The notes beneath the pieces are model-generated. The model saw nothing but the letters and a program-made list of their open reading frames with translations, did no database searches and was not told the DNA's origin. The translations under genes and the position numbers were made by a program. Positions 14,013 through 26,641 of a DNA stretch of 64,000 bases are shown in pieces (the stretch's first letter is position 1; the number at the start of each line of letters is the position of its first letter). Source of the stretch: Octopus vulgaris (Eukaryota); assembly GCA_951406725.2 (NCBI GenBank), contig OX597814.1, positions 88,288,001 to 88,352,000 of the forward strand, written 5' to 3'.

Positions 14013-14048
<36 letters not shown>

Positions 14049-14050
14049 AC

Positions 14051-14102
<52 letters not shown>

Positions 14103-14104
<2 letters not shown>

Positions 14105-14460
14105 CTGTTTTCTGTTGCTGTACTAAACTGGGTTTTATGTCTATTTCCTCTATCCAGCTGTTCAGATCTTTAGGGATAGTTCCCAATGTACCAATAACTA
14201 CTGGAATACATTTTGCCTGCACTTTTCATTTATTAGCTACTTACGTTAGTCAATTATCTGGCACTTTCTATTTTTTTTATCTACTACTACCAAATCAGGC
14301 TTTCTAGCTTCTATTATTCTGTCAGTCTGAATGTTAAAGTCCCACAACCTCTTGTTTTTCTTACTTTCTAGTATCAGTATGTTCAAATCCTAGCTTTCTA
14401 CGTAGCTCCCAGTGGATCGCTCTGCCTAGATTGTTATGTCTTGTATTCTTTCTGTACTTA
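14103..14460 (-). mobile_element. R4/Dong-like retrotransposon 3' fragment abutting (TAA)n/(CAA)n microsatellite
   Basis: RHNNLGRAIHWELRRKLG and KCIPVVIGTLGTIPKDL...QKTV (RLE C-terminus). It runs directly into the (TTA)n(TTG)n tract at 13990-14102. Confidence 0.7.
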
Positions 14461-14766
14461 TTATTATTATCTAAAATTCTGCCGAGGTCGGCTTTGCCTT
14501 TCGTCCTTTCGGGGTTGATAAAATACGTACCATTTGAGTACTGGATCAATGTAATCAACTTACCTTTCCCCCGAAATTCCTGTCCTTGAGCCAATATTTG
14601 AAATCATTATTGTTGTTGTTATTGTTGTCGTTTTTGTTGTTATTTTGTCCAAAAATACCGTATTTGACGTCATATAAACACACTTTCACAGAAGACGCGT
14701 GCTATTTTACAAGTATATTTTGTAGAAAATACAAATCTAGTATGTTTCTTCATGTATTTACTTTTT

Positions 14767-15174
14767 TACTCTTTTACTTGTTTCAGTCATCTGACTGTGG
14801 CCATGCTAGAGCACCGCCTTTAGTCGAGCAAATTGACCCCAGGACTTATTCTTTGTAAGCCTAGTAGTTATTCTATCGGTCTCTTTTGCCGAACCGCTAC
14901 ATTACGGGGACATAAACACACCAGCATCGTTTGTCAAGCGATGTTGGGGGGACAAACAGAGACACATAAACATATACACACACACACACATACATACATA
15001 TATACATATATACGACGGGCTTCTTTCAGTTTCCGTCTACCAAATCCACTCACAAGGCTTTGGTCAGCCGAGGCTATAGTAGAAGACACTTGCCCAAGGT
15101 GTCATGCAGTGGGACTGAACCCGGAACCATGTGGTTGGTAAGCAAGCTACTTACCACACAGCCACTCCTACGCC
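14767..15174 (-). mobile_element. tRNA-derived SINE, family A
   Basis: Head GGCGTAGGAGTGGCTGTGTGGTAAG...GGTTCAGTCCC (A/B-box-like), internal microsatellite and GTAAAAGA tail. Further copies or fragments at ~10252, 21162, 26510, 35285, 40573, 47042, 47926, 61620 and 62985. Confidence 0.85.
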
Positions 15175-15305
15175 TATAAAATTATTTTACATTGGTTTCA
15201 TAAAGAAAATGTATAACTGTGCATGTAAATTCGATGTTATACCAGCTTGCTGGAATAGAATATTAAGCCACAAATTTATCATGACTCAACTACGTCATAC
15301 AACTA

Positions 15306-15887
15306 CCGTATTTCAAGCGTATCTTCTTTCATATCAGCTGTATAATTGCTTGTATTTTAGTCATGAGATTTGTTATAAGGACGTGAAGCTTGTATTTCTG
15401 GCTATAATGTAACTTCAATCAGCCACCAGGGTGGCTCATCACTGCTATGATTCTGCATTCATCTCCTCATTCCAAATAACTGCCAGGTAGATGAACGTTT
15501 GTTAACATTCTATTAATCTTTCTTGGAGAATTTTTCATGTAGGTAATTGAAGAATATCTCTTAACGGTAACATAGTCATTAAATAATGTAAGAAGCATAT
15601 CAGCTTTGGGTTACGTATGCTGGCAAACGAGATGTAATGAAATGATGTGACCTCCCTCATAACTGCAATTTTTAAGTTTACTACAAGCTGCGCTATTTTG
15701 GCTTGTTTTCAATAGTTTATGGTTAGTAACTATTATTGTGCCTCGTAACAATTATTAGTATCAATAATTATGCTTATCCGGTTCCCTAGCTTACGACACT
15801 CGGTCTCCCATCCGTGCTAAACGCGGGTAAATTTTTAGAAACGTTTAATTAAAAAAAAAAAGGCATCTTATACGGCTGCAAATACGG
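15306..15887. mobile_element. Possible non-autonomous Tc1/pogo-type element
   Basis: TA-CCGTATTT...AAATACGG-TA termini; only the outer ~8 bp match well. Confidence 0.35.
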
Positions 15888-16238
15888 TACTTGATTTATC
15901 CTAATTCACAACTTGAGTTATTTCCCTTAGTTCAATGTTGTTTAAACATGAGCCTTATACCCCGACCACCTCCAACAGAATGTTTCTTTCCGTTTCTTCT
16001 GTAGATGTCAACCTGCCGATGAACATAGACCGCATTGATCTCACCTTTTTGAGAGAGCATGCACAGATCATTAGCACAGTTACTCCTAACCTGATTAATT
16101 TTTAAAAAAGAAATCAATGTTACATCAGATCTATAACTTTTAAGACCGCGGGAAAAAACTATATTATAGATTTTTTCTAATACAGTAAGTTCATGATTAT
16201 TTCCAAATCTTTTATGTTAGTTCTTTATTTGTCAGTCA

Positions 16239-16309
<71 letters not shown>

Positions 16310-16319
16310 ACTGTGTGTA

Positions 16320-17562
16320 GGTGCGGGTGTTTCTCCGCGCGCGCGCGGAATTCCGAGCTGGAGACCATAGCCTAGAAGATGAGCCTCGTCCTGGAAAATC
16401 TGTAGAGCTTGACGAGGACGTCCTGCAAACCTTGGTGGAACAAAATCCCATCGTAACTATTGATGAACTACGGAGAAGTTTGGATTTGGTCATTCAAACA
16501 TTCATCAACACCTACATGCCATCGGAAAAGTCAGCGAATTGGGTCAATGGGTTCCTCATTGTTGTAGAAATACAACATCAGAGATAGCTCGGAATATTAA
16601 AGGAGTATTTCATTGTAATGTTATTACATAGCAGACAGTATCAAATTGGTATGCAAAATTTCGTTCTGGTAACTTTGAACTCACAAATGAGCAATGCGGT
16701 CGACCAGAAACAAAGGTGGATAATGACGAACTGAAAGCTAATGTCGGGTTAGATCCACCTCAAAGTGCCCGTGAATTATCGTTGCTGTTTGGTGTTAGCA
16801 AGCAAACAATATGGACTCGCCTAGTTCAAATCGGTAAAGTGAAAAAGTTAAATAACTGGGTTTCACATGAACTCAATGAAAATCAGAAACAACAACGCTA
16901 CTTTCTCGTCACGGAAATGAATCATTTTTGAACCGAATCGTAACATGTGATGAGAAATGGATCCAATACAACAACCGTAAATGTTCAGCACAATGGTTGG
17001 ACAAAGATGAGCCACTAAAACACAGTCCAAAAATCAAAATTCATCAAAAGAAGCTGATGGTGTGCGTATGGTGAAGGTGTGATCTGGCTCATCAAAAACA
17101 GCCGAAGTATACCGCAGCCAACTGGACCAAATGATGCAGAAACCTAAAAAAAAAGCCTAGATTAGTCAACAGATCCACTCCTATCCTATTCTATTGCAAG
17201 GCAATGCCAGGCCACACATCGCAAAAATAACATTGGCGAAACTACAGGAGTTGGAGTTGGAAGTTCTCCATCATTCACCTGATCTTGCTCCACTGGCTAT
17301 CACTTCTTCCAGAATTTGGATAACTTTTTGATAAGTAAAATAATTTAATTCCGAATGCTGTAAAACAGGCCTTCCAAGATGTTTTTGACTCTAGATTACC
17401 AGACTTTTATAGTTCTGGGCTAGACAATCTACAGCTGAAATGGCAAAAGTGTATTGACAATATGGGTGCATACTTTGATGAATAAAATTATTCCTTGCAT
17501 TTATAAAACATTAGCAAACGTTTTTTTTTCTTTTCTACAAATTTCATACTTGACGACCTAAT
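16320..17562 (+). mobile_element. Two juxtaposed degenerate mariner transposase remnants (16320-16558 and 16560-17562)
   Basis: SLEDEPRPGK, WVSHEL, IVTCDEKW, HQKKLMVCVW, QGNARPH, SPDLAP and WQKCIDNMGAYFDE*. A TIR-like end ...GACGACCTAATA lies near 17562. Confidence 0.85.
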
Positions 17563-17670
17563 AAAAAATGAAGGTGAGTATATTTTGGATTTAAAAAGAA
17601 CTTTGTTTATATTAATTTTGAAAAATAAAATAAGTATAAAAAACCGTATAATTTAAGGGATGACCCCATA

Positions 17671-17736
<66 letters not shown>

Positions 17737-17805
17737 TCAATATCAGGGTAGCAAAAAATTCAAGAGAAATTTTTTCGCCACCAGCGGTCCAGTGAGAAAG
17801 AAAAT

Positions 17806-17855
<50 letters not shown>

Positions 17856-17923
17856 ATCAACTTAATCCCTTTGTCTGTCCTTGTTTGTCCCCTCTATGTT
17901 TAGTCCCTTGTGGGCAATAAAGA

Positions 17924-17984
<61 letters not shown>

Positions 17985-17985
17985 C

Positions 17986-18060
<75 letters not shown>

Positions 18061-18062
<2 letters not shown>

Positions 18063-18410
18063 TGAGAGCCTTCTGCAGATTTGCATGGAGAAGGGATGGC
18101 AGTTATGGCTTTTCCTAGGCGAGGTTGGCTGTAAGGGGGTTCCCTGCTCAGTCGGCATTGAGGATGCTTACAACCATTGGAGTGAGAAGAAAGGATCAAA
18201 GGGTGGCTGTGCGCTGGGTGGGAGAGGCAGCCGAAAGAGCTTCTTGTTGGCTTTTGAGCAAAAGTGGAGAGTTAAGCTGGAAATCAGGAGATGAGGAGCA
18301 GTGATATGGCCACCTCTGCTGACCCACCCGATGAACGTTGGATACCATCTGATGACATCAGTTCCTCCTGGCCAATTTACTTTGATGAGTGGAAAAAGCA
18401 CCTTCTTCTA
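18061..18410 (+). mobile_element. HERO-clade non-LTR retrotransposon 3' fragment
   Basis: With one frameshift: [41 protein letters not shown]...[13 protein letters not shown], matching the HERO RLE C-terminal pattern. Confidence 0.7.
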
Positions 18411-18683
18411 AGTGTTATTAACATATGTATGTGTGTGTGCGTGTGCGTGCACGCGTGCGCGCGCGTATGTATAATAGCTGATATAAATGTTGGTTGGGTG
18501 GGCGTTTGATTTATCCAGTTGCGCTCTACATCGTTCAGAGAGAGAAGGAAAGAGAGAAAGAGAGTAAAAGAGAGATAGAGCAGAGGTTAGCATAAGAAGT
18601 GGTTGATGACTATATATATATACTAGGCTTGGCGGCAGGCAGCGAGTAAAGGAGCAGAGCCATAGACATACATAGTTACTAAA

Positions 18684-18850
18684 AGAGAAAGAGGAGGAGG
18701 AGGAGGAGGAGGAGGAGGAGGAGAAAGGGAAAGGAGACGGACGAGGGGAGCAGGAGAAGGAAGAAGATGATGAGAAAGAAGAAAAGGAAGGGAAAGAATT
18801 GGAGGAGGAGGAAGAGGATGTGAAGGAAGACGGGAGAAAATGGAGATGAA
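18684..18850. repeat. Polypurine (GAG)n/GA-rich tract
   Basis: Direct reading of the sequence. Confidence 0.85.
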
Positions 18851-19659
18851 ATAAATGATAGGGTTGTTATAGGAAGAGTTATACTAATAAGAAATTTGAT
18901 TTATTTAATTTTAATTGAAGATAATGAATTCTTTTCTTCTTTTTTTTTTTGTAAATTAATATTCATTTCATCGTTTTGCTGAAGCGCCAAGAAATTTGAT
19001 AAACGTTTACTTGTAATTATCGTTTGTATTCCATGTTTCTTGATAGTACCTATGGTAACAAAAATAGACTTCCACAGTTACCTGTCACACGACGGGTAAC
19101 GTGCTCGCGCGCACGCGCACACAGTTGATCGTTGTTGGTGTTTAATCCCATGTTGGCTTTGAATAAGCAGGCATTTTGATGAATGCCATTAATACTATGA
19201 ACATTCTGCAGTCAGAGCATCAGCCTCATTATCAAAAGGAGACGGTCTGTTTTGTTATTGTTTCTGCTGCTGCTGCTGTCGTCATCATCTTGGTGTAGTC
19301 TTTAAATCTGGCTCCACCGAATATACCAATAACCATGGATGTTCCAACCTTGACCATCCCATCGTATTGCATGTATATCAGAAACTGTATTATCCGAGGT
19401 ATATTTTTCAAGACGGTAGAATGTAACTTGATTGCAATTTGGCTGCTTGTTTTAGCAAATCGAGCAGCAACGTAGAGGCTCCCTCGCTGCTGAACAATGA
19501 AATAGAAATAGCGGATTTGGTAGGTGTTGGTTTTAATCTGTAATTTTTTTTCTTTTAAGCAGGTTTCTGGGTTGTTAAAATGGAGTTGGAATAGCGTCTA
19601 CCATCTCTATGCTTAATTTCAGGTGTGAGTACAGCTTAAAATTATTACAATATGTAACA

Positions 19660-20070
19660 CGATTTTTGGCCTTGGATAGCAACTGTTATTTTCTATTTGC
19701 TTACCCATAAGAGGCATGAAAAATGGCTAATATTTCCTTCAAACTTTACTTTGGTTACAAACTCCAAAAAATAGCTATGATGCTCCCTCACTACTCATGC
19801 TCATGATTAGAGATGCACATATTGTCAGTCACCAAGGGACATGCTCAAATAGTTAAAGCAAAGCAATTGACAAGCAAATCTGTGGTATTGAGCAGAATAT
19901 TTGCTATAACGTTATTTCTGCTTCTGTAACTCAATTCTGAATCTGTCCGAAATGTAATGGAAAATAGGTCAGTTTCAAAACATTGATGTCCAGGTCACAA
20001 AAGCAAAGTTTGGAGGGAATAGTAGTCATTTCCTTTGATTTCTAAATAAAAGCAAATAAAAAATAACACT
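19660..20070. mobile_element. Non-autonomous TIR-like element; second copy inverted at ~31030-31470
   Basis: Subterminal inverted motifs TGTTATTTTCTATTTGCTT / AAGCAAATAAAAAATAACA. The whole block recurs reverse-complemented at 31030-31470. Confidence 0.55.
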
Positions 20071-20149
20071 TACTGACCAAAGACAGAAAAAAAAAACATT
20101 TTGTTTCACAGTGTTATATTCTGGCAACTTGAGCACTTACATAGTTCCG

Positions 20150-20950
20150 TGCACCATATTTTGATGGCAATGCAGCATGATGCTTGCGAAGATCTTTGCA
20201 CTTCAATATTCGGCTCATGTCTGAAATTGTATATCACACGGGGGCTGTTGGTGAATTCCAAATTGTCGCTTAAAGCTTTTGGAAGACTGTACTAATCAAC
20301 TTTGGAATTTGCTCCAAACAAAAGTGAAATACATCTGTCTAATATGCATCGTATGATTCACAAGAGTAACTCTTCTGCATGTGTACCATATCATATCTGG
20401 CGATATTCACATCTATGCTTTTCCCCGACATCACACACAAAATGCGACCAAGAAGACGAAAAAGGAACCCACCACCACCACAAAAAAAAAACAGTTTGTT
20501 AAATAGGACGAACAATGTACCTAACTCTTGAAAGGCAGATATGTAACGCTCACGTTTGATCATTTATTGGAAAGCCTTCATGTATCCCGTTCCAAAATAT
20601 CCATTTACATTATTACAGCCGGAGAACGAATGAAATCCAGCCAGGGATGACGTCACGTCAAAGCCAAACTGACTACAAAGGAAGTTACTATCAAGAGTGC
20701 AGACTTCGTCATCACAACCGGTGGGGAAGAGGAGAGTCACAGTAAACTTCTGTGGATATCACATGCTGATAGTGAGTATACCAATGAACATACTGTTTTA
20801 TAACCACAGCCGGTAGAACTGTTGTGGAGGGATGTTGATTTTGACTAAATGCTTCTGGGCATATTCTGCATGTAAATGTAACCGAGTATTCCACATATTC
20901 GTGGCTACAATGGGGTTCCGGTAAAAGTATAACCTTCACAATTTCAGAAT
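20150..20950 (-). pseudogene. Decayed XPG/FEN1-like (PIN + H3TH) nuclease coding remnant, Academ (AcademX)-type DNA transposon
   Basis: Across frameshifts: HCSHEYVD-TRLHLHAEYA, then SLAGFHSFSGCNNVNGYFGTGYMKAF*MIKRERYISAFQELG, then CVMSGKSIDVNIARYDM. This matches the 'HEEADTR..LHA / L.GFHAFTGCD..S.F.GKGK / DVN.ARY' pattern in order. Confidence 0.7.
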
Positions 20951-21161
20951 TCTCTAAAAATGCATTGTTATCTTTTATTTTTTTATCTTTTACTTGTTTC
21001 AGTCATTTCAGGAACGTAAACAGACCAACACCGTTGTCAAGAGGTAGTGGGGTACAAACGCATACACAAAGACACACATACACACACAATATATATATAA
21101 AAGGGTGGGAGAGGCACAATGAAGAGATTTTGATTTTGAGAAAAGATACATTTTTTACAAA

Positions 21162-21573
21162 TACTCTTTACTCTTTTACTTGTTTTAGTCATTTGATTGC
21201 GGCCATGCTGGAGCACCGCCTTTAGTCGAAGAAATCGACCCCAGGACTTATTCTTTGTAAGTTTAGTACTTATTCAATCGATGTCTTTTGCCGAACCGCC
21301 AAGTTACGGGGACGTAAACACACCAGCATCGGTTGTCAAGCGATGTTGGGGGGACAATCACAAACATATACACACACATACACACACATATATATATATA
21401 CACACATATACGACCGGCTTCTTTCAGTTTCCGTCTACCAAATCCACTCACAAAGCTTTGGTCGGCCCGAGGCTACAATAGAAGGCACTTGCCCAAGGTG
21501 CCACGCAGTGGGAATGAACCCGGAACCATGTGGCTGGTAAGCAAACTCCTTTCCACACAGCCACTCCTGCGCC
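21162..21573 (-). mobile_element. tRNA-derived SINE, family A
   Basis: Closely similar to 14767-15174. Confidence 0.85.
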
Positions 21574-23203
21574 TATGTTCACCACCTTACAAAAACTATA
21601 CCAACTAATCAAATGATTCTTATATACACCCGGTAAGTACTTCTGCCAAGTATAAAATAGTTACTCCACAAATGACTCTTTATTCTCGCCTGAGCTGTCA
21701 GACTACTTCCACTGGGTTGGCCGCTTCTGATTTATGTTGTCTAGTTGAATTTTAATGATTTATATTCCTCTGGCAGCACGATGATTTTGTTTTTTTACTT
21801 TATTCTTGATGCTTATTTTTAGGTAGGTATCTGTTACAAAATAGATCTCCTTTGCTCATTGTTATGATATTGAGGCTCCTTCGTTGCTGTGTACTGTATC
21901 CTATATTGGCGATTGTGATGTTGGCGAATTTTGCTTCGTTGAAATGATAGATACTACGAGATATTTATGCTTGCAAAGTTTGTGTGTGTGTGTATTGCTC
22001 ACTCATGTATGTTTGTGAGGTAGAATGAGAGTTGGAGTATGGGTTGCAATGCAATTGTTTGTAGTAGTTAGGTGTGAAGATCAGAAAGTCACTCCGGTGA
22101 AAAATTAATGTAGTTATTATCGTAGTGGAGTATTTTAGTAATAAGAGTGTTGGCTTTTTTCAACATATAAAAGAAATTCAGATACGATGTGATTAAATCG
22201 TATCTTATGTTACATGAAAAGTTGTTTGTTTGTGTTTTCTTATCTTTTTATTTCTAACTTTTGTTGCGTGTACATGCAGTATTGAGTTGAACGTAAGATA
22301 AGTGAGAAACGTGGTAATGTTATTTGCTGAAGAAATTTTTTTCAGATCCTCTTGATAGTAAGAAGATTCTGCAAAGCATGTAATGCCAATGGACAATTAG
22401 TAAGAGTTAAACTACGTGAGAAAGACTAAAAGACCGTGCAATGCACAGAGACAATTCGCTTTCCTGTTGGTAATTTTACAAGAGTTTGGACAGTAGGTGA
22501 ACAGCTTCTCGATGGTAATGACAGGTGACTTCCTTCAGGTACTGTATTTCTCACCTGAACAGTCACAGCACAGTTGAATATGATTCACTTAGAATTTGCG
22601 GCTGAGAAGTTTGGCTGGGTTTAAAAAGTAGTTGAACATACTTCGAAAGATGCTATCAGACATTCGCTTAGTTATCTTCGTAGAGGTAAAGCCTATTCAC
22701 TACGTAAGCAGCGTAAAATTGGCATATCTCGGATCACTTAACTGACTTGAAGCAGCTGTGTATTTATGGAACAGAGGCTGTTATGTAAAATGAGGATCTG
22801 GAATGGTTTACCTCGATTAGGCTACACTAGGCTGATGAGGCCTAGTGTATACAACGTTACAACCTTCAACGTTACAACCTTTCTGCTTATGAATAAAACA
22901 GTTAAAAGGCTTCTATGAATACGCATAATAGGAATCTTTAATGACCTCGCCTTATAATCAACACACATTTATTATATCCAATTATCCCACACAGATTTAT
23001 CATTATTTGTCTCACATTTTGTTTTGGCTGTTATTCATTTGGTGCACCGAAAGTTGTTATCGAAGAAGTCTGAAAGAGAGAGAGAGAGAGAGAGGGGGGC
23101 GGAGAAAACAAGCTGAAAATGCAAATTAAGAATGAGAAAATTTATTTACAACCACTTAACTGGTTTCATGATTTTCAAAAGGGGTGAAATTTTGAGAATC
23201 CTG

Positions 23204-23619
23204 GGATCTTTTCGGTTTGAACGGCAGTTTTTAAAAATAATTTCTAGGTAATTAAAAATTTTTAAACTTCGTATACTGGTAGAATGTGTTTATAAAACAT
23301 CTTTTTCTCTTGGCTTTATTGAGAAAATTCTATAGTTTGTAAGCTATTTGTTATTTTTTTCTTCAATTTCTGAAATTTCAACCAATCAGTGACGTCTTTT
23401 GAGTTAAAAAGCATTCTGTGCCGTATGAATATGTCCCTCGTTTAAGAAACAGACTGGATTTATTTACATTTGTGAAGAAAAAAAGATACCCTTCCAACAC
23501 CCTTAACCCTAACCCTAAAACAGATTGAAATGCAATAGCTCGATACTATGGTCATAATTATGGGTGACAATTTCATATGACACCGCTAGAAAAAACTGCC
23601 GTTCAAACCGAAAAGATCC
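23204..23619. mobile_element. GGATC-terminated MITE with internal CCCTAA repeats and a 23-bp flanking direct repeat
   Basis: TIR GGATCTTTTCGGTTTGAACGGCAGTTTTT / AAAAACTGCCGTTCAAACCGAAAAGATCC. GGGGTGAAATTTTGAGAATCCTG is present at 23181-23203 and 23620-23642. Confidence 0.85.
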
Positions 23620-24889
23620 GGGGTGAAATTTTGAGAATCCTGGACTATATTGTATTTGAACTAAATTTTTAATGGGTATTTGTCACAGATTGTATGTATG
23701 GTATTATTGTTAACACGTATTCATTATCCAAATGGATGCTATTTCTTATATCTGATTCAGTGGAATTAAATAACTATAAACAATCACCATGAAACTTAAA
23801 GAAATGTAGGTGTCTGAGTACGGCATAGGTTTTGTACAGCCGACTAAACTTATCTCAGTAGATTACTGATACTAGTATCGAGTCAATTTGCTACATAATC
23901 GTTCAGCTTGCGAGAAATAGCCATAAAATCATACTCTTGCATTTTAATCAAGGTATCGAAGGATATTGGAAAATATTGTTCTAGATAAACAATGCATAAA
24001 GAAGAGACGAGGTGATTACAGCAGGAGCGAATTTGATCAGAGCTGCTGAAACAGGGCAGACTTGGGACTTGGCAAAAGCATGACAAATTGTTAGAAGTAT
24101 CTATATTATCGTCACCTGGGCGGAATGAAAAATCATAATTGTTTCTAACATGATTAAAACTTACACAGAAACGAAGCCTATGAAGAATTATGGATGAGAT
24201 TCTACGCAAATTTGCACCGAATTTTCATACATAATGCATTTGTGAAGAATATAGATAATGAATGGTTCTTTGGAACAAAGGCAAAAACAAAAATACTGAA
24301 AGAGAGAAGACGAAAGAGTTAGAGAGCGTGAAAAAGTGGTGATTTTGATCAAAGATTCGACTGGTTTCATATTATCACGATTATAAGTAAATTTTCAGTG
24401 TCACATCGAGTTAATTAAATCAGCTTTAGTTTCGATCCTGGTAAATATAACATAGCACAAATAATAACACATCCCCGACCACCTCTTGGCTGATCTCATG
24501 GCAACGCACAGATGATATTTGCCTTGACCTATTATTGCAGTTAAAGTAAATAGTATACTGCATTTTAAAATCGGTTACACAGCAATGGCCGATGTTAGTG
24601 GGGATGATGGAGAAATAAATAGCTCACACCTCATTATTCTATGAGCAACTCTTGTAAATATTTAATGATTGCGTTGATGAAAGACGTAGAGTTATAAATG
24701 GCCGAGTTAATATTGATGTTGGACAAAGTGTCGGAAGGTTAGGCGGATCATATTTTAGAGCCAGCGCTACAGTTTTCATGGACTTTCATGGCCTAAACAT
24801 TTAAATAACTCGTTCGACAAATTGTAGTTACTGCATGGCGGTACAGTTTATTATATGATGAACTATAGTGTCTAAACTGAGCATTATAT

Positions 24890-25560
24890 TGTATGTATGT
24901 ATGTATGTATGTATGTATGTATGTATGTATGTATGTATGTATGTATGTATGTATGTATGTATGTATGTATGTATGTATGTATGTATGTATGTATGTATGT
25001 ATGTATGTATGTATGTACGTATGTATGTATGTATGTATGCATGTATGTATGTATGTATGTATGTATGTATGTATGTATGTATGTATGTATGTATGTATGT
25101 ATGTATGTATGTACGTACGTATATACGTATGTATGTATGTATGTATGTATGTATGTATGTATGTATGTATGTATGTATGTATGTATGTATGTATGTATGT
25201 ATGTATGTATGTATGTATGTATGTATGTATGAATGCATGTATGTATGTATGTGTGTATGTATGTATGTATGTATGTATGTATGTATATATGTATGTATGT
25301 GTGTATGTATGCATGCATGCATGTATGTTTGTATGTATGTATGCATGCATGTATGCATGAATGCATGTATGTATGTATGCAAGCATGTATGTATGCATGT
25401 ACGTATGTATGTGTGTATGTATGTATGTGTATGCATGTATTATGTATGTATGTACGTATGCATGTAAGCATGCATGTAAGTACGTATGCATGTATGTGTG
25501 TGTATGTATATAAGTATGTATGTCTGTATGCATGGATGTATGCATGTATTTATGTATGCA
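24890..25560. repeat. ~670-bp (ATGT)n microsatellite, degenerating toward its right end
   Basis: Direct reading; this tract produces the long MYVC/HTYI ORFs. Confidence 0.97.
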
Positions 25561-26061
25561 TGTTGTAATTTACAATGTTCAGATAATGGTATTGAGAGGT
25601 AACAAACAATATGGCTTGGAAACACAAACATTTTCTTCATATCTACTAAGATCTTCCTTTCCAAATCCTTACCCGTATTAAGGAAAAGGATAATAACTCA
25701 CCCCAACAATGTATGTAAGGAGTTGTGCACCTTATATTTTCATTTCCAAAATGTTATACTGAAAATTCTGAGAACAAAAATGCTACTTCAAGTGAAAGGC
25801 TATATTTTAAAAAATTCTACTCGGGTTGTATTACTGATTTCAAATTTTGGCACAAGATCAGTAATTATTCAAATGGTACTTATTTTATCGACCCCGAAAG
25901 GATGAAAGGCAAAGTCGACTTCGATGGAATTTGAACTCAGAACGGGAAGACTGACGAAATGCAGTTAAGCACTTCTCCAGGTGTGCTAACGATTCTGCCA
26001 ACTCGCCTCTTTACCGGGATGTGTTACCAACAACAGATTATATATATCTTTGATTTATTTG

Positions 26062-26198
<137 letters not shown>

Positions 26199-26577
26199 GC
26201 ACGGATTTATATATATATATATCAAAACAGGAGATTAGAAAACATTTGAGAATTATTTAATCACCATTAAACATGTTTCATTTGCTAACAGGAGTTACAA
26301 CATCGTACATGTAGGAGAAAAATATATGATATTTCCTATTCAGACTAATTCTTCAGATATAGACTCAAATAATTTTACTATTTGATCCTCTGTTTGAAAA
26401 ATTTCTAATAAGAGATGTTTTATATTTTTCTTCTACATGTATAATTTTGTAATTCCTATTGGCAAATGAAACGTGTAATGGTGAATAAACAATTCCATTT
26501 TTTTTTTGCCAAAACGCTAAGTTACGGGGACTAAAAGAACCAACACCGGTTATCAAGCGGTGGTGGCGGAACAGACA

Positions 26578-26641
<64 letters not shown>

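Noticed and set aside
18684-18850. Poly-Glu coding exon
   Set aside because: Simple purine-rich repeat without convincing splice sites or a sustained ORF.
22824-22850. Hairpin TACACTAGGC-TGATGAG-GCCTAGTGTA containing CTGATGAG
   Set aside because: There is no GAAA/NUH half or three-way junction, so it is not a hammerhead, and it is too short for a pre-miRNA.
23500-23520. Interstitial telomere or chromosome-fusion relic
   Set aside because: Only 2-3 CCCTAA units, always at the same position inside the MITE family.
24793-25664. Long ORFs of 111-250 aa (MYVC/HTYI repeats) and similar YI/SIYL/CV/HT ORFs elsewhere
   Set aside because: They are translations of stop-free microsatellites.
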